Positions 27,221-36,748 of a stretch of DNA of 64,000 nt are shown one piece after another. The DNA comes from Candidatus Woesebacteria bacterium. GTDB lineage: Bacteria > Patescibacteriota > Microgenomatia > UBA8517. The stretch is from assembly GCA_013426185.1 (NCBI GenBank), contig CP058602.1, positions 399,123-463,122 of the forward strand. Direction: 5' to 3'. Position 1 is the first letter of the stretch. The number at the start of each line of letters is the position of its first letter. The translations under genes were made by a program, and so were the position numbers. A model generated the notes under the pieces. It was not told where the DNA came from. It saw only the letters and a list, made by a program, of their open reading frames with translations, and made no database searches.

Positions 27221-27865
27221 TTGCCACCTTCAAAATCAAGATATACAATTTTCTCTACTATGATTACCGAAGTTTTCTTTGATGTTGAAACAAAAACTTT
27301 TTTTGATGAATCCGGAGCCTCAAAACCTGAAGAATTGGGTATTTCTATAGTCTCTCTATACAGAAGAACCCTTGACGAAAATCTAAATGAAAAAGAAGGA
27401 AAAATGTACAGCTTTTGGGAAAATGAAATATCTCAAATGTGGAACCTATTTCTTGACGCTCAAAGAATTATTGGTTTTAACAGCATTAGGTTTGATTTGC
27501 CAGCCTTAAAACCTTACAGTCCGCCATTCTTCCCCAAACTTCCACACTTTGATATTTTACAAGAAGTGAAAAAAGTGTTCGGCAAAAGAGTTTCTCTTGA
27601 TAACATAGGTCGAGAGACTCTGGGTATAACCAAGATAGATAATGGGGCAAACGCAGTTCTTTACTTCCAAAAAGGAGACGGCAAAAGCCTCTCGCTCCTT
27701 AAAAAATATTGTGAAGCTGATGTTGACCTAACACGTAGAATTTATGATTTTGCTCTGAAAAACAAGAAATTAAGATTTAAAGATCACTGGAACAATCCGC
27801 AAGAGATAGAGGTAGACTTTTCATACAGCAAAAATTCAAAAGACAATCAGCTTGGTTTATTTTGA
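27221..27865 (+). CDS. RNase H-like 3'-5' exonuclease (DEDD-type) family protein
   Basis: 214 aa; FFDVETK (Exo I D.E), IGFNSIRFD (Exo II), YCEADVDLTRRIYD (Exo III Y..D). Confidence 0.5.
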   Translation: MPPSKSRYTIFSTMITEVFFDVETKTFFDESGASKPEELGISIVSLYRRTLDENLNEKEGKMYSFWENEISQMWNLFLDAQRIIGFNSIRFDLPALKPYSPPFFPKLPHFDILQEVKKVFGKRVSLDNIGRETLGITKIDNGANAVLYFQKGDGKSLSLLKKYCEADVDLTRRIYDFALKNKKLRFKDHWNNPQEIEVDFSYSKNSKDNQLGLF

Positions 27866-28417
27866 ATGAATATAATAAAAATAAAACCACTACTTCCAGC
27901 TTCCTCAGGAGCACTTGTATTCTTTAGAGGAAAAATCTTGCTAATTAAAAGAGATAACAAACCTAATATTCCTCATCCTGATATGTGGTCTATTCCTGGC
28001 GGTCAAGTTGAAAAAGGAGAAAGTTTTGATGAAGCTCTAAAAAGGGAATTGCAAGAAGAAATTGGAATAATTCCTAAGAGGTATAAACTACTGGGTTTCC
28101 TTAAAGTAAAAACAGACAAAGTAAAAAGAGCTATCTATTTAATAAAAATAAGCAGAGAAGAATTCAAAAAAGCTAAACTGGGCAATGAAGGGCAAGAAAT
28201 GAAATGGTTCAGACCTGATGAGATAAAAGACTTAAATGCGGTACCTCAAGTGAGAGATTTCTTCCGAAAAAATGCTGGGGTATTAAGCATGCTAATAAAA
28301 GACTGTACAAAAATTGAGGAATTGAAAAATTCTCTTAAAACGAAAATAAGAAAGGATACAGAATTTGTGTTATTTGATTTCAAAAACAACAGTAACAGTC
28401 TTGGAAACAACTCCTGA
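27866..28417 (+). CDS. NUDIX hydrolase
   Basis: 183 aa; Nudix box GGQVEKGESFDEALKRELQEEIGI. Confidence 0.75.
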   Translation: MNIIKIKPLLPASSGALVFFRGKILLIKRDNKPNIPHPDMWSIPGGQVEKGESFDEALKRELQEEIGIIPKRYKLLGFLKVKTDKVKRAIYLIKISREEFKKAKLGNEGQEMKWFRPDEIKDLNAVPQVRDFFRKNAGVLSMLIKDCTKIEELKNSLKTKIRKDTEFVLFDFKNNSNSLGNNS

Positions 28418-29155
28418 CCCTGGTTCAATAGGCATTCCCCCTCCTCCTCCCATATTACTCCTTAAATATGGAACTACTGGACTTGATGAGTATCCTTCAG
28501 ACACATTAAGTATTCCCCCCAACTTTTTTCCAGACAAATCAGCAATCTTCTGCGCCTTACTTCTTGCGTTTTCAATAGCATCTTTAATAAGTAACTCTTC
28601 AACTTCCTTTGTGTCATCAAAAGAAAAATTTGGACCGTAAACATTTGTCGCTCCAGTCTGGGTTAGAACTTTTGATAGTTCTGAAGCTCTGTCAACATTC
28701 CTCAAGATAATGCTAACATTATTGCTAACGCGCCACTGGCCAGGTCTCGTTTTTTGTCTGCCCTCCTCCCAATAAGATTCCTCTTGCTGATATATGTTTA
28801 GATTTTCCGTCTTAATATCAGATCTCTCAATTCCAAACTTCAAAACAGCATTAATTATTCCTTCTACCTTTTGATTTACAGAATTAACTGCCTCATCCTT
28901 ATTGTCAGATACCGCCGAAACGCCTGCTGTAAAAGTAGCGATCTGTGTTTTTTCCTTACTTTCAGCAGTTCCAGTAACAACGATGGTTGAAGGCTGTGCC
29001 AATTCAATTTTGCCCCATTTAATATCTTTCCAGGGTAAAAAATAAAAAGCAGCTAAAAGCAAACCTAAGACAAAAACGGAAACAAACAAATTGGAAAGAA
29101 AAGAAGAACTCTTCGCTTGAGTCTGTTTCACTTGGACAGGATTATTTTCTTCCAC
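28370..29155 (-). CDS. SIMPL/DUF541-family secreted protein
   Basis: 261 aa, N-terminal TM or signal, GIERSDIKTENLNIYQQ typical of SIMPL (26 kDa periplasmic immunogenic protein family). Confidence 0.55.
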   Translation of the reverse strand: MEENNPVQVKQTQAKSSSFLSNLFVSVFVLGLLLAAFYFLPWKDIKWGKIELAQPSTIVVTGTAESKEKTQIATFTAGVSAVSDNKDEAVNSVNQKVEGIINAVLKFGIERSDIKTENLNIYQQEESYWEEGRQKTRPGQWRVSNNVSIILRNVDRASELSKVLTQTGATNVYGPNFSFDDTKEVEELLIKDAIENARSKAQKIADLSGKKLGGILNVSEGYSSSPVVPYLRSNMGGGGGMPIEPGSGVVSKTVTVVFEIK

Positions 29156-29210
29156 ATTTATATCCTAGAAAGAAAGGCTGCGAGTGTCAAGACGCAATCT
29201 AAAAAAGATC

Positions 29211-29480
29211 TTAAAACGGAGTTTGTTCTTCAAGAGAATCATCTCCCAATTCCTCTTCGTTCACACCACTTGGCAACTCTTCCAAATCACGAAACTCATT
29301 TTTAATCTCATGAATTTCGTTTTCTATCTCCTCAAGCCTCTTCTTAATTCTTCTTGAAAGCTCAAGGCCTCGCCTAAACTTAGGTGTCGCCTCCTCAAGC
29401 GAAATTTTGCCCGATTCAAATTCTTCAGTCAACTTGGTTAATTCCTCAAAATCAGACTTTAGTGTCCCTTTTTTATTCAT
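29211..29480 (-). CDS. xseB: exodeoxyribonuclease VII small subunit
   Basis: 89 aa; FEELTKLTEEFESGKISLEEA...FRRGLELSRRIKKRLEEIENEI matches XseB. 4-nt overlap with xseA. Confidence 0.8.
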   Translation of the reverse strand: MNKKGTLKSDFEELTKLTEEFESGKISLEEATPKFRRGLELSRRIKKRLEEIENEIHEIKNEFRDLEELPSGVNEEELGDDSLEEQTPF

Positions 29481-30769
29481 AATTTTTCAAGTTTTAACAC
29501 CTCCGATGCTATTTTACCATCAACAAAGTTAGTTGTAATCAGTGAATTTTTAGAGACACTTTTAATTGATCTGACAAGTTTGCCATTTTCATCAAAAGTA
29601 AGACTAAAACCTCGTGCCAAAGTCTTCTTTATATCAAATGAGTGAAAATATCTGATTAGACTCAAGATCGCTTCTTTCTGTTTCAAAAACAAATAATTGC
29701 AGGCATTGTAGAGTCTCGTTTTTAATACTTTATTTTCTTTTCCTAAATTCAAAATCCGTGACTTTAATAGATTAAACTGGCTAAGCATTTTATCCTTTAC
29801 TCTTGTCACAAGATAGATTTGATAAGAAATAGCCTTTTCCAAAATTGAGACTCTCTTTCTTAAATCGTTTTTGGTATCAGCAAGCCTCTGCTTAATAAAA
29901 TTGTCTATAATTTTCAGGAAATAATTAACATCACTTAAGATCTCATTTCTTGTTTTGACCAAAAGCTCGGCTGCATTTGAAGGAGTAGAAGCTCGCAAAT
30001 CAGAAACCAAATCGGCAATGGTAAGATCATCCTCATGTCCCACCCCACAAACAACCGGGATTTTGCTTGAAAAAATAGCCCTAGCCAGCCTTTCGTCATT
30101 AAAAGACTGCAAATCCTCAAGCGAACCACCCCCACGAACCAAAACCAAAGCATCAAGGTCGGGCATCTTTTGATTGAAATAATTAAAAGCAGAAACAATA
30201 GAATCAACAGAGTCTCTTCCCTGAACCAAGACTGGATAAAAATATATTTTTATGCCGCCAATTCTTTCTCTTAACACCTTGACAAAATCATTGAAAGCGC
30301 GAGAAGAGGGTGCAGTAATAAGTCCTATATTTTCAGGAAAAGGAGTAATTTTCCTTTTTCTTGCCTCATCAAAAAGCCCTTCTGACGACAATTTTTCTTT
30401 CAACTTTTCAAAAGCGAGCCTCAAAGCTCCTTCACCAGCCGGTACTATTTTAGTCGCATAAAGACTGAATTTCCCAGTTTTCTGGTACAACCGAGGGATT
30501 CCATAAATATGAACCATCATTCCAGCCTCCAAAACAGAATAACCTGAGATTTGATAAGTGACAGCAAAAACATCAAGACTTGAAGTATCATCTTTAACAG
30601 TCAAAAAAAGCCACTTATTCTGGCTAACTTTAATTTCAGCAATCTCACCTTCAACTACAACTTCACCAACACCAGAAAGATAAATATTGATAAACTCATT
30701 AAACTCACTAACTTTAAAAACCTTTTCTTCTATTTCTTTCATTCCTAAAGTATAATCACACAAAGACAA
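29477..30769 (-). CDS. xseA: exodeoxyribonuclease VII large subunit
   Basis: 430 aa; N-terminal OB fold, central catalytic domain (VLVRGGGSLEDL), C-terminal coiled region. Confidence 0.9.
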   Translation of the reverse strand: MSLCDYTLGMKEIEEKVFKVSEFNEFINIYLSGVGEVVVEGEIAEIKVSQNKWLFLTVKDDTSSLDVFAVTYQISGYSVLEAGMMVHIYGIPRLYQKTGKFSLYATKIVPAGEGALRLAFEKLKEKLSSEGLFDEARKRKITPFPENIGLITAPSSRAFNDFVKVLRERIGGIKIYFYPVLVQGRDSVDSIVSAFNYFNQKMPDLDALVLVRGGGSLEDLQSFNDERLARAIFSSKIPVVCGVGHEDDLTIADLVSDLRASTPSNAAELLVKTRNEILSDVNYFLKIIDNFIKQRLADTKNDLRKRVSILEKAISYQIYLVTRVKDKMLSQFNLLKSRILNLGKENKVLKTRLYNACNYLFLKQKEAILSLIRYFHSFDIKKTLARGFSLTFDENGKLVRSIKSVSKNSLITTNFVDGKIASEVLKLEKL

Positions 30770-30786
30770 TTTTTAATCAAGAGAAT

Positions 30787-30996
30787 ATGACAAATGAAAG
30801 ACTAGAACAGATTATAAAATTTGCTGAAGGATTAAAACAAAATCCAAAAGGCAAAGATCTATTAAAAGGGGCCATAGAAAACGTGAGAGAATTGCTAAAA
30901 AATGGAGAGCCTGTAGAAAGAACACTTGAGAGTTTGGAACAAGTGCAAAAGACTTTCGATTCAATACCAACAAAGGGAAAAGAAAGAAATAACTAA
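30787..30996 (+). CDS. small hypothetical protein
   Basis: 69 aa charged helical ORF, no motif. Confidence 0.3.
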   Translation: MTNERLEQIIKFAEGLKQNPKGKDLLKGAIENVRELLKNGEPVERTLESLEQVQKTFDSIPTKGKERNN

Positions 30997-30998
30997 AA

Positions 30999-31322
30999 CT
31001 AAACTCGCCCAAAAGCTTTCTTCAACTCAATCTTTGCTTCTTCAAGTATCTTTCTTCGCTCAAGTGGCAATCTTTTTCCGGCTCGATTGATATAGAAATT
31101 AAGCATACTCATTGCTGATTGATAAGGCGTTTTTGCCTTGCTGCGTATTGAATTTTCAGCTGATTCTTTTAAAGAAAGGGCAATCTTTTTGGGATCATTC
31201 CAAGTAAAAACCCCTTCTTCAAGATCAAGAGCAATAGAAGTCTTTGTCACTTTCTCCGACCAGTTCCGCGAAGTCATACCTAAACTAATTTTACACCTTT
31301 TGGACAAGGTCCGAATTGACAA
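30999..31322 (-). CDS. DUF3175-like small protein
   Basis: 107 aa; TWNDPKKIALSLKESAE...SAMSMLNFYINRAGKRLP resembles DUF3175. The true start may be the internal MTSRNW. Confidence 0.5.
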   Translation of the reverse strand: MSIRTLSKRCKISLGMTSRNWSEKVTKTSIALDLEEGVFTWNDPKKIALSLKESAENSIRSKAKTPYQSAMSMLNFYINRAGKRLPLERRKILEEAKIELKKAFGRV

Positions 31323-31338
31323 GGTCCGTCCTTGTCAA
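31302..31338. promoter_or_regulatory. third copy of the 23-bp palindrome (TTGACAAGGTCCGTCCTTGTCAA) plus an adjacent half-site
   Basis: 31316-31338 is the exact reverse complement of 25691-25713. Half-site ggacaaggtccgaa at 31302-31315. Upstream of the DUF3175-like gene. Confidence 0.6.
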
Positions 31339-31347
31339 TCCCATAAT

Positions 31348-31914
31348 TTATTCCCTACAACAATCTATCGCTTTTTTGACTAGCTGTCCCATCTTCTCAA
31401 AAATACTAGCAGAACCTTGAACTTCAGGTTTTTTATCTTCGCTCAAGAATTCAATCTTCTTATTTTTCGTTGTTTTAATATCAGAAACACCAACCACACC
31501 AAGATTCAAACCCCAAAAAAGAGAATAAAGCTGATAGGATTTTTGGAACATGTCTTCTGCCTCGCTTCTCTCTCCTTTTGTCAAAGCCTTTGTGCCAACT
31601 TCCAGCAAACGCATCGAGGCAGAAAGTAAATGCTTACTAATACACCAAACCTCACCTTCATAATCCTTGATAATCCTTTTCAAAAGAGATTTTCTCATCT
31701 CGCGAACTTCATCTAAAAGATCAAGATACTTCTTATTTTTTGTCTTGTTATAGGTAAAAAATAAGTGCTCTTCAATCGAGATTAAATTCATAATTCCAAT
31801 TGAAAGATCCTCGTCTGAAGATAAATCAAGCTTTTCGCCTTTTTCCATTTCCTTCACTTTTTCCAAAAACTTATTTATATCAACCTCCATCTTTTTGCCT
31901 TTCATAAGATTCAC
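31348..31914 (-). CDS. hypothetical protein
   Basis: 188 aa, helical, charged, no motif. Confidence 0.45.
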   Translation of the reverse strand: MNLMKGKKMEVDINKFLEKVKEMEKGEKLDLSSDEDLSIGIMNLISIEEHLFFTYNKTKNKKYLDLLDEVREMRKSLLKRIIKDYEGEVWCISKHLLSASMRLLEVGTKALTKGERSEAEDMFQKSYQLYSLFWGLNLGVVGVSDIKTTKNKKIEFLSEDKKPEVQGSASIFEKMGQLVKKAIDCCRE

Positions 31915-31920
31915 CTCCTT

Positions 31921-32433
31921 TTACAAGGTTAACAAATAAAAAATAAAACTGGTCAAAGTAAGCAAAAAAACAGGAACTATAACTTTCTGATAATAAATAA
32001 AGACCTTGCCATTATTTTTATTTCTTAGCCATCTGTCAAGCCAAACTCCAAGAAGAAAAACAAAAGAACCAAATAGTATTCCCAATAAAATTTTATCAAC
32101 ACCCCAAAAAGTATTGCCATTTATTCCAATAAAGTGGGACCAATAAAGAGGAGGAATTACAAAAACAAACATCAAAAAAGTAGAAATAAAATCTAGATGA
32201 CGAATTTTTATCCCCTTTTTACCTATAAAGTCAGATAACCAAAACCCGCTTGAAAGAATAAGTCCACCTATCCAAACTCCAACAACAGTATCATCTATCC
32301 CCAGCCATCTTGAAATTCCAAGCCCAGCACCAACCGCAACTGTACAAACAGGACAAACTGCCAATACGGGTTTGGAAAAGACAAAAAATGGCAAAAATAA
32401 AGTCAAGAAAAAGAAAACAAATCGCATAATCAT
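31921..32433 (-). CDS. membrane protein with periplasmic CxxC (CPVC) motif
   Basis: 170 aa, signal/TM then CPVC, 4 TM helices. Co-oriented with the downstream thiol-redox genes. Confidence 0.5.
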   Translation of the reverse strand: MIMRFVFFFLTLFLPFFVFSKPVLAVCPVCTVAVGAGLGISRWLGIDDTVVGVWIGGLILSSGFWLSDFIGKKGIKIRHLDFISTFLMFVFVIPPLYWSHFIGINGNTFWGVDKILLGILFGSFVFLLGVWLDRWLRNKNNGKVFIYYQKVIVPVFLLTLTSFIFYLLTL

Positions 32434-32885
32434 TTTGAAAGAGTAGAGCTCTCACTTGCCGCCTTTAATTTTTCAGAAAAATAATCAATGATATCAGGGG
32501 TTCCAATTAAGCATTTCCCTTCAGGTGTATAAAGAAAAGGAACTCCAATTGAATTTGTACTAATTCCGCATCTCTGAGCCACTTGAGAAAGCTCAAAAGC
32601 ATTAGTTCTATTATCATAGACTTCTTTTTTGATAACCTTAACTTTCTCCTCAAGCTTATTTTCTTTCATCCACCCCTCGACATCAGCGCAATGAGGGCAG
32701 GTATTGCCGTAATAAAAAATTGGATCGCCATTATTTTTCGCTTCATCCGGAGTTTTTGTTTCAATAGTATCTTGAGAATTCTTAACCTGGCTAGTCTTTT
32801 TACCTTGGCTTCCCCAGACAATAGCAGCTAGCATTCCAGCTGTTAGTAAGATAACAAGCAAGGTAACAATAACCGTTTGCTTCAT
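32430..32885 (-). CDS. thioredoxin-fold thiol:disulfide oxidoreductase (CPHC active site), membrane-anchored
   Basis: 151 aa, N-terminal TM, YYGNTCPHCAD...GVPFLY thioredoxin-fold motifs. Confidence 0.7.
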   Translation of the reverse strand: MKQTVIVTLLVILLTAGMLAAIVWGSQGKKTSQVKNSQDTIETKTPDEAKNNGDPIFYYGNTCPHCADVEGWMKENKLEEKVKVIKKEVYDNRTNAFELSQVAQRCGISTNSIGVPFLYTPEGKCLIGTPDIIDYFSEKLKAASESSTLSK

Positions 32886-32890
32886 AGCCT

Positions 32891-33886
32891 TTAGATTTTA
32901 ACAGAAAAGAAATTAAACAGGTAGCCTATTAAGATAATTCCCAAAGTGACCATAGCAAAAAAACTAACAAGCAGCTTTGTTTTCATCGCCCGCTTTAAAA
33001 TCAAGGCTTCCGGCAAAGACAAACCAACAGTTGCCATCATAAAAGCAAGAGCTGTGCCAAAAGGAACCCCTTTTTGAACCAAAGCTTCCATAACAGGTAT
33101 GACACCAACTGCATTTGAATATAAAGGCACCGCTAAAATAGAGGCTAAAGGAACAGACCAAAAACTGCTATTCCTTAAATACTTCTCAAAAAAACCAACA
33201 GGCACAAAACCATGAATTAGAGCTCCCAAGCCAACACCAATTAAAACATAAACAAAAATTTTCCTTGTCAGACTCCATCCCTCCAACCAAAATTGCTTCA
33301 AAAGAACAAGTAAAGGTAATTTTTTTGTCTTGATCTCCAATCTTTGGTTTAGCTTTCCATTTTCAATAACCTTTCTTATAGTTTCATCTATTTCTTTATC
33401 AAGTCCCATCTTACCCAAAAAAAAGCCTCCTATCATCCCCAAAACAACACCTGAAAAAACATAGAGCAAAGTTATCTTCAAACCAAAAAGGCCAATAAAA
33501 ACTGCAATTGAGGCCTCATTCACAAGAGGAGAGGTAATTAAAAAAGCAAGTGTCACACCAAGAGGAATTCCTGACGAGAGAAAACCAACAAAAAGAGGTA
33601 TAGAAGAACAGGAACAAAAAGGAGTAATCACCCCAAAAGCTGAAGCTAAAAAGTAATCAAAACCATACCATCGTCTTTTGGTTAGAAAATCGCGAATTTT
33701 CTCAGTTGGAATAAAGTAGCGAATAATCGCCATTAAATAATTGATAACAAGAAGTAAAATAAAGATCTTAACTGAATCATAAATAAAAAAGTTTAAACTT
33801 TGAGCCAAATGAGTATTCTCCTTAAGGCCGAGAAGACTAAAGGTCAAAAAATCAAAAATTTTTTGTAAAGGGTAGAAAATATCCAT
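32891..33886 (-). CDS. COG0701/ArsP-like permease
   Basis: 331 aa, about 8 TM helices, conserved TPFCSCSSIPLF motif. Confidence 0.65.
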   Translation of the reverse strand: MDIFYPLQKIFDFLTFSLLGLKENTHLAQSLNFFIYDSVKIFILLLVINYLMAIIRYFIPTEKIRDFLTKRRWYGFDYFLASAFGVITPFCSCSSIPLFVGFLSSGIPLGVTLAFLITSPLVNEASIAVFIGLFGLKITLLYVFSGVVLGMIGGFFLGKMGLDKEIDETIRKVIENGKLNQRLEIKTKKLPLLVLLKQFWLEGWSLTRKIFVYVLIGVGLGALIHGFVPVGFFEKYLRNSSFWSVPLASILAVPLYSNAVGVIPVMEALVQKGVPFGTALAFMMATVGLSLPEALILKRAMKTKLLVSFFAMVTLGIILIGYLFNFFSVKI

Positions 33887-33906
33887 AAAAACAAAATTCT
33901 AGAAAA

Positions 33907-34155
33907 TCAAGAATTTTCCTGAATTATTTTCTTTATCTCTTCAGTATCCGGTGTAAATCCAACCATCACAGGTTTGCCATCAATCACGAGAACCGGAGAT
34001 TGCATTATTCCAAACTCAATTATCTTTTGAATTCCCTCCTGTCCACTAATATACTCAACCTCATCTTTAATCCCCAATTCAGAAGCAGCCACTTTAGCAG
34101 CTTCCCATAAATTCCTGCAGGTTGAGCACCCAGAACCCAAAACTTGGATTTTCAT
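33907..34155 (-). CDS. thioredoxin-like small protein (redox-active disulfide protein 2 family)
   Basis: 82 aa; MKIQVLGSGCSTC...VLVIDGKPV. 4-nt overlap with the ArsR gene. Confidence 0.7.
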   Translation of the reverse strand: MKIQVLGSGCSTCRNLWEAAKVAASELGIKDEVEYISGQEGIQKIIEFGIMQSPVLVIDGKPVMVGFTPDTEEIKKIIQENS

Positions 34156-34433
34156 ACTTCCACCTCCCCCAAAATCTGAACAACCTTCTGTCCCTTTCTT
34201 GTTAAGGAATAATATGTCCTTGGGCCAACTTCTCTACCTTTAATAAGACCAAAATCCTTAAGGTCTGCAATGTGATGAGAAATTAAGCTTTGAGATAATT
34301 TTGTAGATTTGACCAAATCACAAACGCAATTTTCTTTTTTTGAGAGCTCTTTTAAAAGTCTTAATCGATTTTCTTCAGATAAGATTTTAAGAAAGAATGA
34401 CAATTTCCGACAATTATATGAACCCATATTCAT
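34152..34433 (-). CDS. ArsR/SmtB-family metalloregulator
   Basis: 93 aa; wHTH with metal-site Cys pair ENCVCDLV and SQSLISHHIADL. Confidence 0.8.
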   Translation of the reverse strand: MNMGSYNCRKLSFFLKILSEENRLRLLKELSKKENCVCDLVKSTKLSQSLISHHIADLKDFGLIKGREVGPRTYYSLTRKGQKVVQILGEVEV

Positions 34434-34437
34434 ATAT

Positions 34438-34459
34438 CATAGTACTTTTGAATACTATG
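34438..34459. promoter_or_regulatory. candidate ArsR operator (imperfect palindrome catagta-N8-tactatg)
   Basis: 7-bp inverted arms with 8-bp spacer, 5 bp upstream of the arsR start codon. Confidence 0.45.
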
Positions 34460-34469
34460 TCAAGAAGCA

Positions 34470-34505
34470 AAAGGTCCTCTTTTTTCAAAAAAAAAGAGGA
34501 CCTTT
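34470..34505 (-). terminator. intrinsic terminator downstream of CDS 34520-34750
   Basis: Perfect 13-bp stem aaaggtcctcttt/aaagaggaccttt separated by a T/A run. Confidence 0.55.
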
Positions 34506-34519
34506 CAAGAGAAGTAAAA

Positions 34520-34750
34520 CTACTTTCCCAAACGAGCAGCGTCTGCAGCACTTAAAATCTTGAAAAGCTTCATTCCGTCAACTTCAGCCTTTGCTGCTTT
34601 TTTACCATTCTTCATGGTAACAACAGTCACCTGACTATCAGGGACTTCAACGGTTGATCTTGTCTTAACGTTATAGAATTTCAATTTACTCACCCCCTTG
34701 CTCTCAAAGCTAACTAGCCTTAAACTAATACAAACTTCAAGCTTTGTCAA
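34520..34750 (-). CDS. small hypothetical protein
   Basis: 76 aa, followed by the terminator hairpin. No family recognised. Confidence 0.4.
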   Translation of the reverse strand: MTKLEVCISLRLVSFESKGVSKLKFYNVKTRSTVEVPDSQVTVVTMKNGKKAAKAEVDGMKLFKILSAADAARLGK

Positions 34751-34804
34751 GAAGTAAAGCTAAACAAGCTTGAAAAGGGAGACAAAAATGCTATTATAAG
34801 GATT

Positions 34805-35002
34805 ATGGCAGAAAAAGGCGAAAATCCTTTAAAACTCCCAAAAAGAAAGATTTCTGAAGATGAAGCCAATTATTATGCAAGATCAGGCGGAAGTGGAGGA
34901 AAAAGCCTAGAAGTTCCAACTTTTATGAGAGAGGAGCAAGAAAAAATTAAAAGTCTACCCAAAGCAAAAACGCCTCAAGAAAAAGATATTTCCAAAAACT
35001 AA
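34805..35002 (+). CDS. small hypothetical protein
   Basis: 65 aa, charged. Confidence 0.3.
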   Translation: MAEKGENPLKLPKRKISEDEANYYARSGGSGGKSLEVPTFMREEQEKIKSLPKAKTPQEKDISKN

Positions 35003-35005
35003 ATT

Positions 35006-35230
35006 TTGAAAATTAAAAGCTCAAGTAGAATGAAAGAAGAAGAAATTTGCCTAAATTTTGAAAATATTAAAGCTGCCGGCAAGACTAAATTAGCCCGCTG
35101 CCCATACATTGAAAGTTGCGATGGTAAGACTTGCGATTTTACTAGAGAGTCAAAAAAAGAACTAAAAGAAGACCTAGAACAAGAAAAAGCTATTCTTGCT
35201 TGGCAGTTAAGTCTAAATAAGAGAAACTAA
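35006..35230 (+). CDS. small Cys-containing hypothetical protein
   Basis: 74 aa with CPYIESCDGKTC. Confidence 0.3.
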   Translation: MKIKSSSRMKEEEICLNFENIKAAGKTKLARCPYIESCDGKTCDFTRESKKELKEDLEQEKAILAWQLSLNKRN

Positions 35231-35280
35231 ACCTATTTATTTCGGCTTTCTATAAAAGAGAGTAGAGCAAAAAAATCAAG

Positions 35281-35976
35281 ATGAAAACCCTTTTAGAAGT
35301 CAAAAACCTAAAAATAAACCTTGACGAAAACAACATCGTTAAAGATCTATCATTTCAACTTAAAGAAGGAGAAATATTAACAATTCTTGGCCCAAACGGA
35401 TCTGGAAAGAGCGTCTTGATTAAAACTCTACTCGGAATTTTTCCATACGAAGGAGAAATAATCTGGCACAAAAAGCCAAAAATAGGGTATCTACCTCAAA
35501 ATCTAAATCAAATTGGCCTCAAAAATTATCCCCTGACAGTATTTGACTTTTTCAAACTCAAAAACGAAAGACTTACAAAAAAAGAAATGATCAAATATCT
35601 AGAAATTGTGGGGCTTAAAGAAGAAATTTTGGACAAAACTGTAGGAGTCCTCTCTGGGGGAGAGTTTCAAAGAGTGTTAATAGCCTGGGTCTTAATATCA
35701 AAACCAGAGCTCGTATTTTTTGATGAACCAACATCAGGAATTGATCTTTCAAAAGAAGAGACTATCTACTCTCTTCTTAAAAAAATAAAGGAAAAAGAAA
35801 ATTTAACCATAATCCTGATAACACACGACTTGAGTGTTATTTACAAATACTCAGACAATGTTTTGTATCTAACACACAAAAAACATTTCTGCTACGGCAA
35901 GCCTAAAGAAATATTAAAAGAAGGAAATCTAAAAGAAATCTACGGAGAAAATATTGGAATTTATAAGCACAAATAA
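35281..35976 (+). CDS. ABC transporter ATP-binding protein (metal/ZnuC-like)
   Basis: 231 aa; Walker A GPNGSGKS, signature LSGGEFQRV, Walker B LVFFDEP, H-loop ITHD. Confidence 0.85.
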   Translation: MKTLLEVKNLKINLDENNIVKDLSFQLKEGEILTILGPNGSGKSVLIKTLLGIFPYEGEIIWHKKPKIGYLPQNLNQIGLKNYPLTVFDFFKLKNERLTKKEMIKYLEIVGLKEEILDKTVGVLSGGEFQRVLIAWVLISKPELVFFDEPTSGIDLSKEETIYSLLKKIKEKENLTIILITHDLSVIYKYSDNVLYLTHKKHFCYGKPKEILKEGNLKEIYGENIGIYKHK

Positions 35977-36748
35977 TATGGAGCAAGCCATACTTACAAT
36001 AACAAGCGCAATTTTTATAAGCTCAGCTGCTGCCTATCTTGGAACTCTTATGCTTTCAAGGAAGATGTCTGTCACAGCTGACCCTTTGGCACACCTTGCC
36101 TTTCCCGGAGTAACATTGGCTCTAATTCTTGGAATTGAAATCTCGTTTGGCATCTTCCCTTTTATAATCATCGGCGCTTTATTAATTTGGCTTCTTGAAA
36201 AAAGAACCAAACTCCCCTTTGAAAATCTTTCAGCCGTTATTTTTGCAATAGGCGTTGGAACAGCCTTAGTTTTTTTGCCTATTGAAAAAGCTGAAGAAGC
36301 TCTTGTTGGTGTAATTGATAATATCACACTAAGCGAGACACTTTTTATAACTCTCACATCTCTAACCTCTATTGTCCTGACAAGAAAAATATATTCCAAA
36401 ATTATGCTAATTAATATTGACGAAGAACTGGCAACAGCAGAAAAAATAAATGTAAGCAAATACAACTTAATTTATCTTTTAAACATTGCCCTTGTCATAG
36501 GACTTGGGGTTTACTTGGTTGGGGGATTGATTACTGCCGCTTTAGTTGCAATACCTGCTGCAACCTCAAGAAATTTAAGTAAAAATCTATCTTCATACCA
36601 AACAATGTCTGTTATATTTGGAATTTTATCTTCTATAACAGGTATAACCACTGCTCACCTGACAAATTTGCCTACAGGACCGATGATAATTGTAGCAAAC
36701 GCTATTTTATTTATTCTCTCTCTTGCCTTCTCAAGAAAGAGGAGTTAG
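35954..36748 (+). CDS. ABC-3 family metal transporter permease (ZnuB-like)
   Basis: 264 aa, 7-8 TM helices. Overlaps and is co-oriented with the ATPase gene. Confidence 0.8.
   Translation: MEFISTNNMEQAILTITSAIFISSAAAYLGTLMLSRKMSVTADPLAHLAFPGVTLALILGIEISFGIFPFIIIGALLIWLLEKRTKLPFENLSAVIFAIGVGTALVFLPIEKAEEALVGVIDNITLSETLFITLTSLTSIVLTRKIYSKIMLINIDEELATAEKINVSKYNLIYLLNIALVIGLGVYLVGGLITAALVAIPAATSRNLSKNLSSYQTMSVIFGILSSITGITTAHLTNLPTGPMIIVANAILFILSLAFSRKRS

Noticed and set aside
36034-36465. 143-aa minus-strand ORF
   Set aside because: Antisense to the ABC permease gene.
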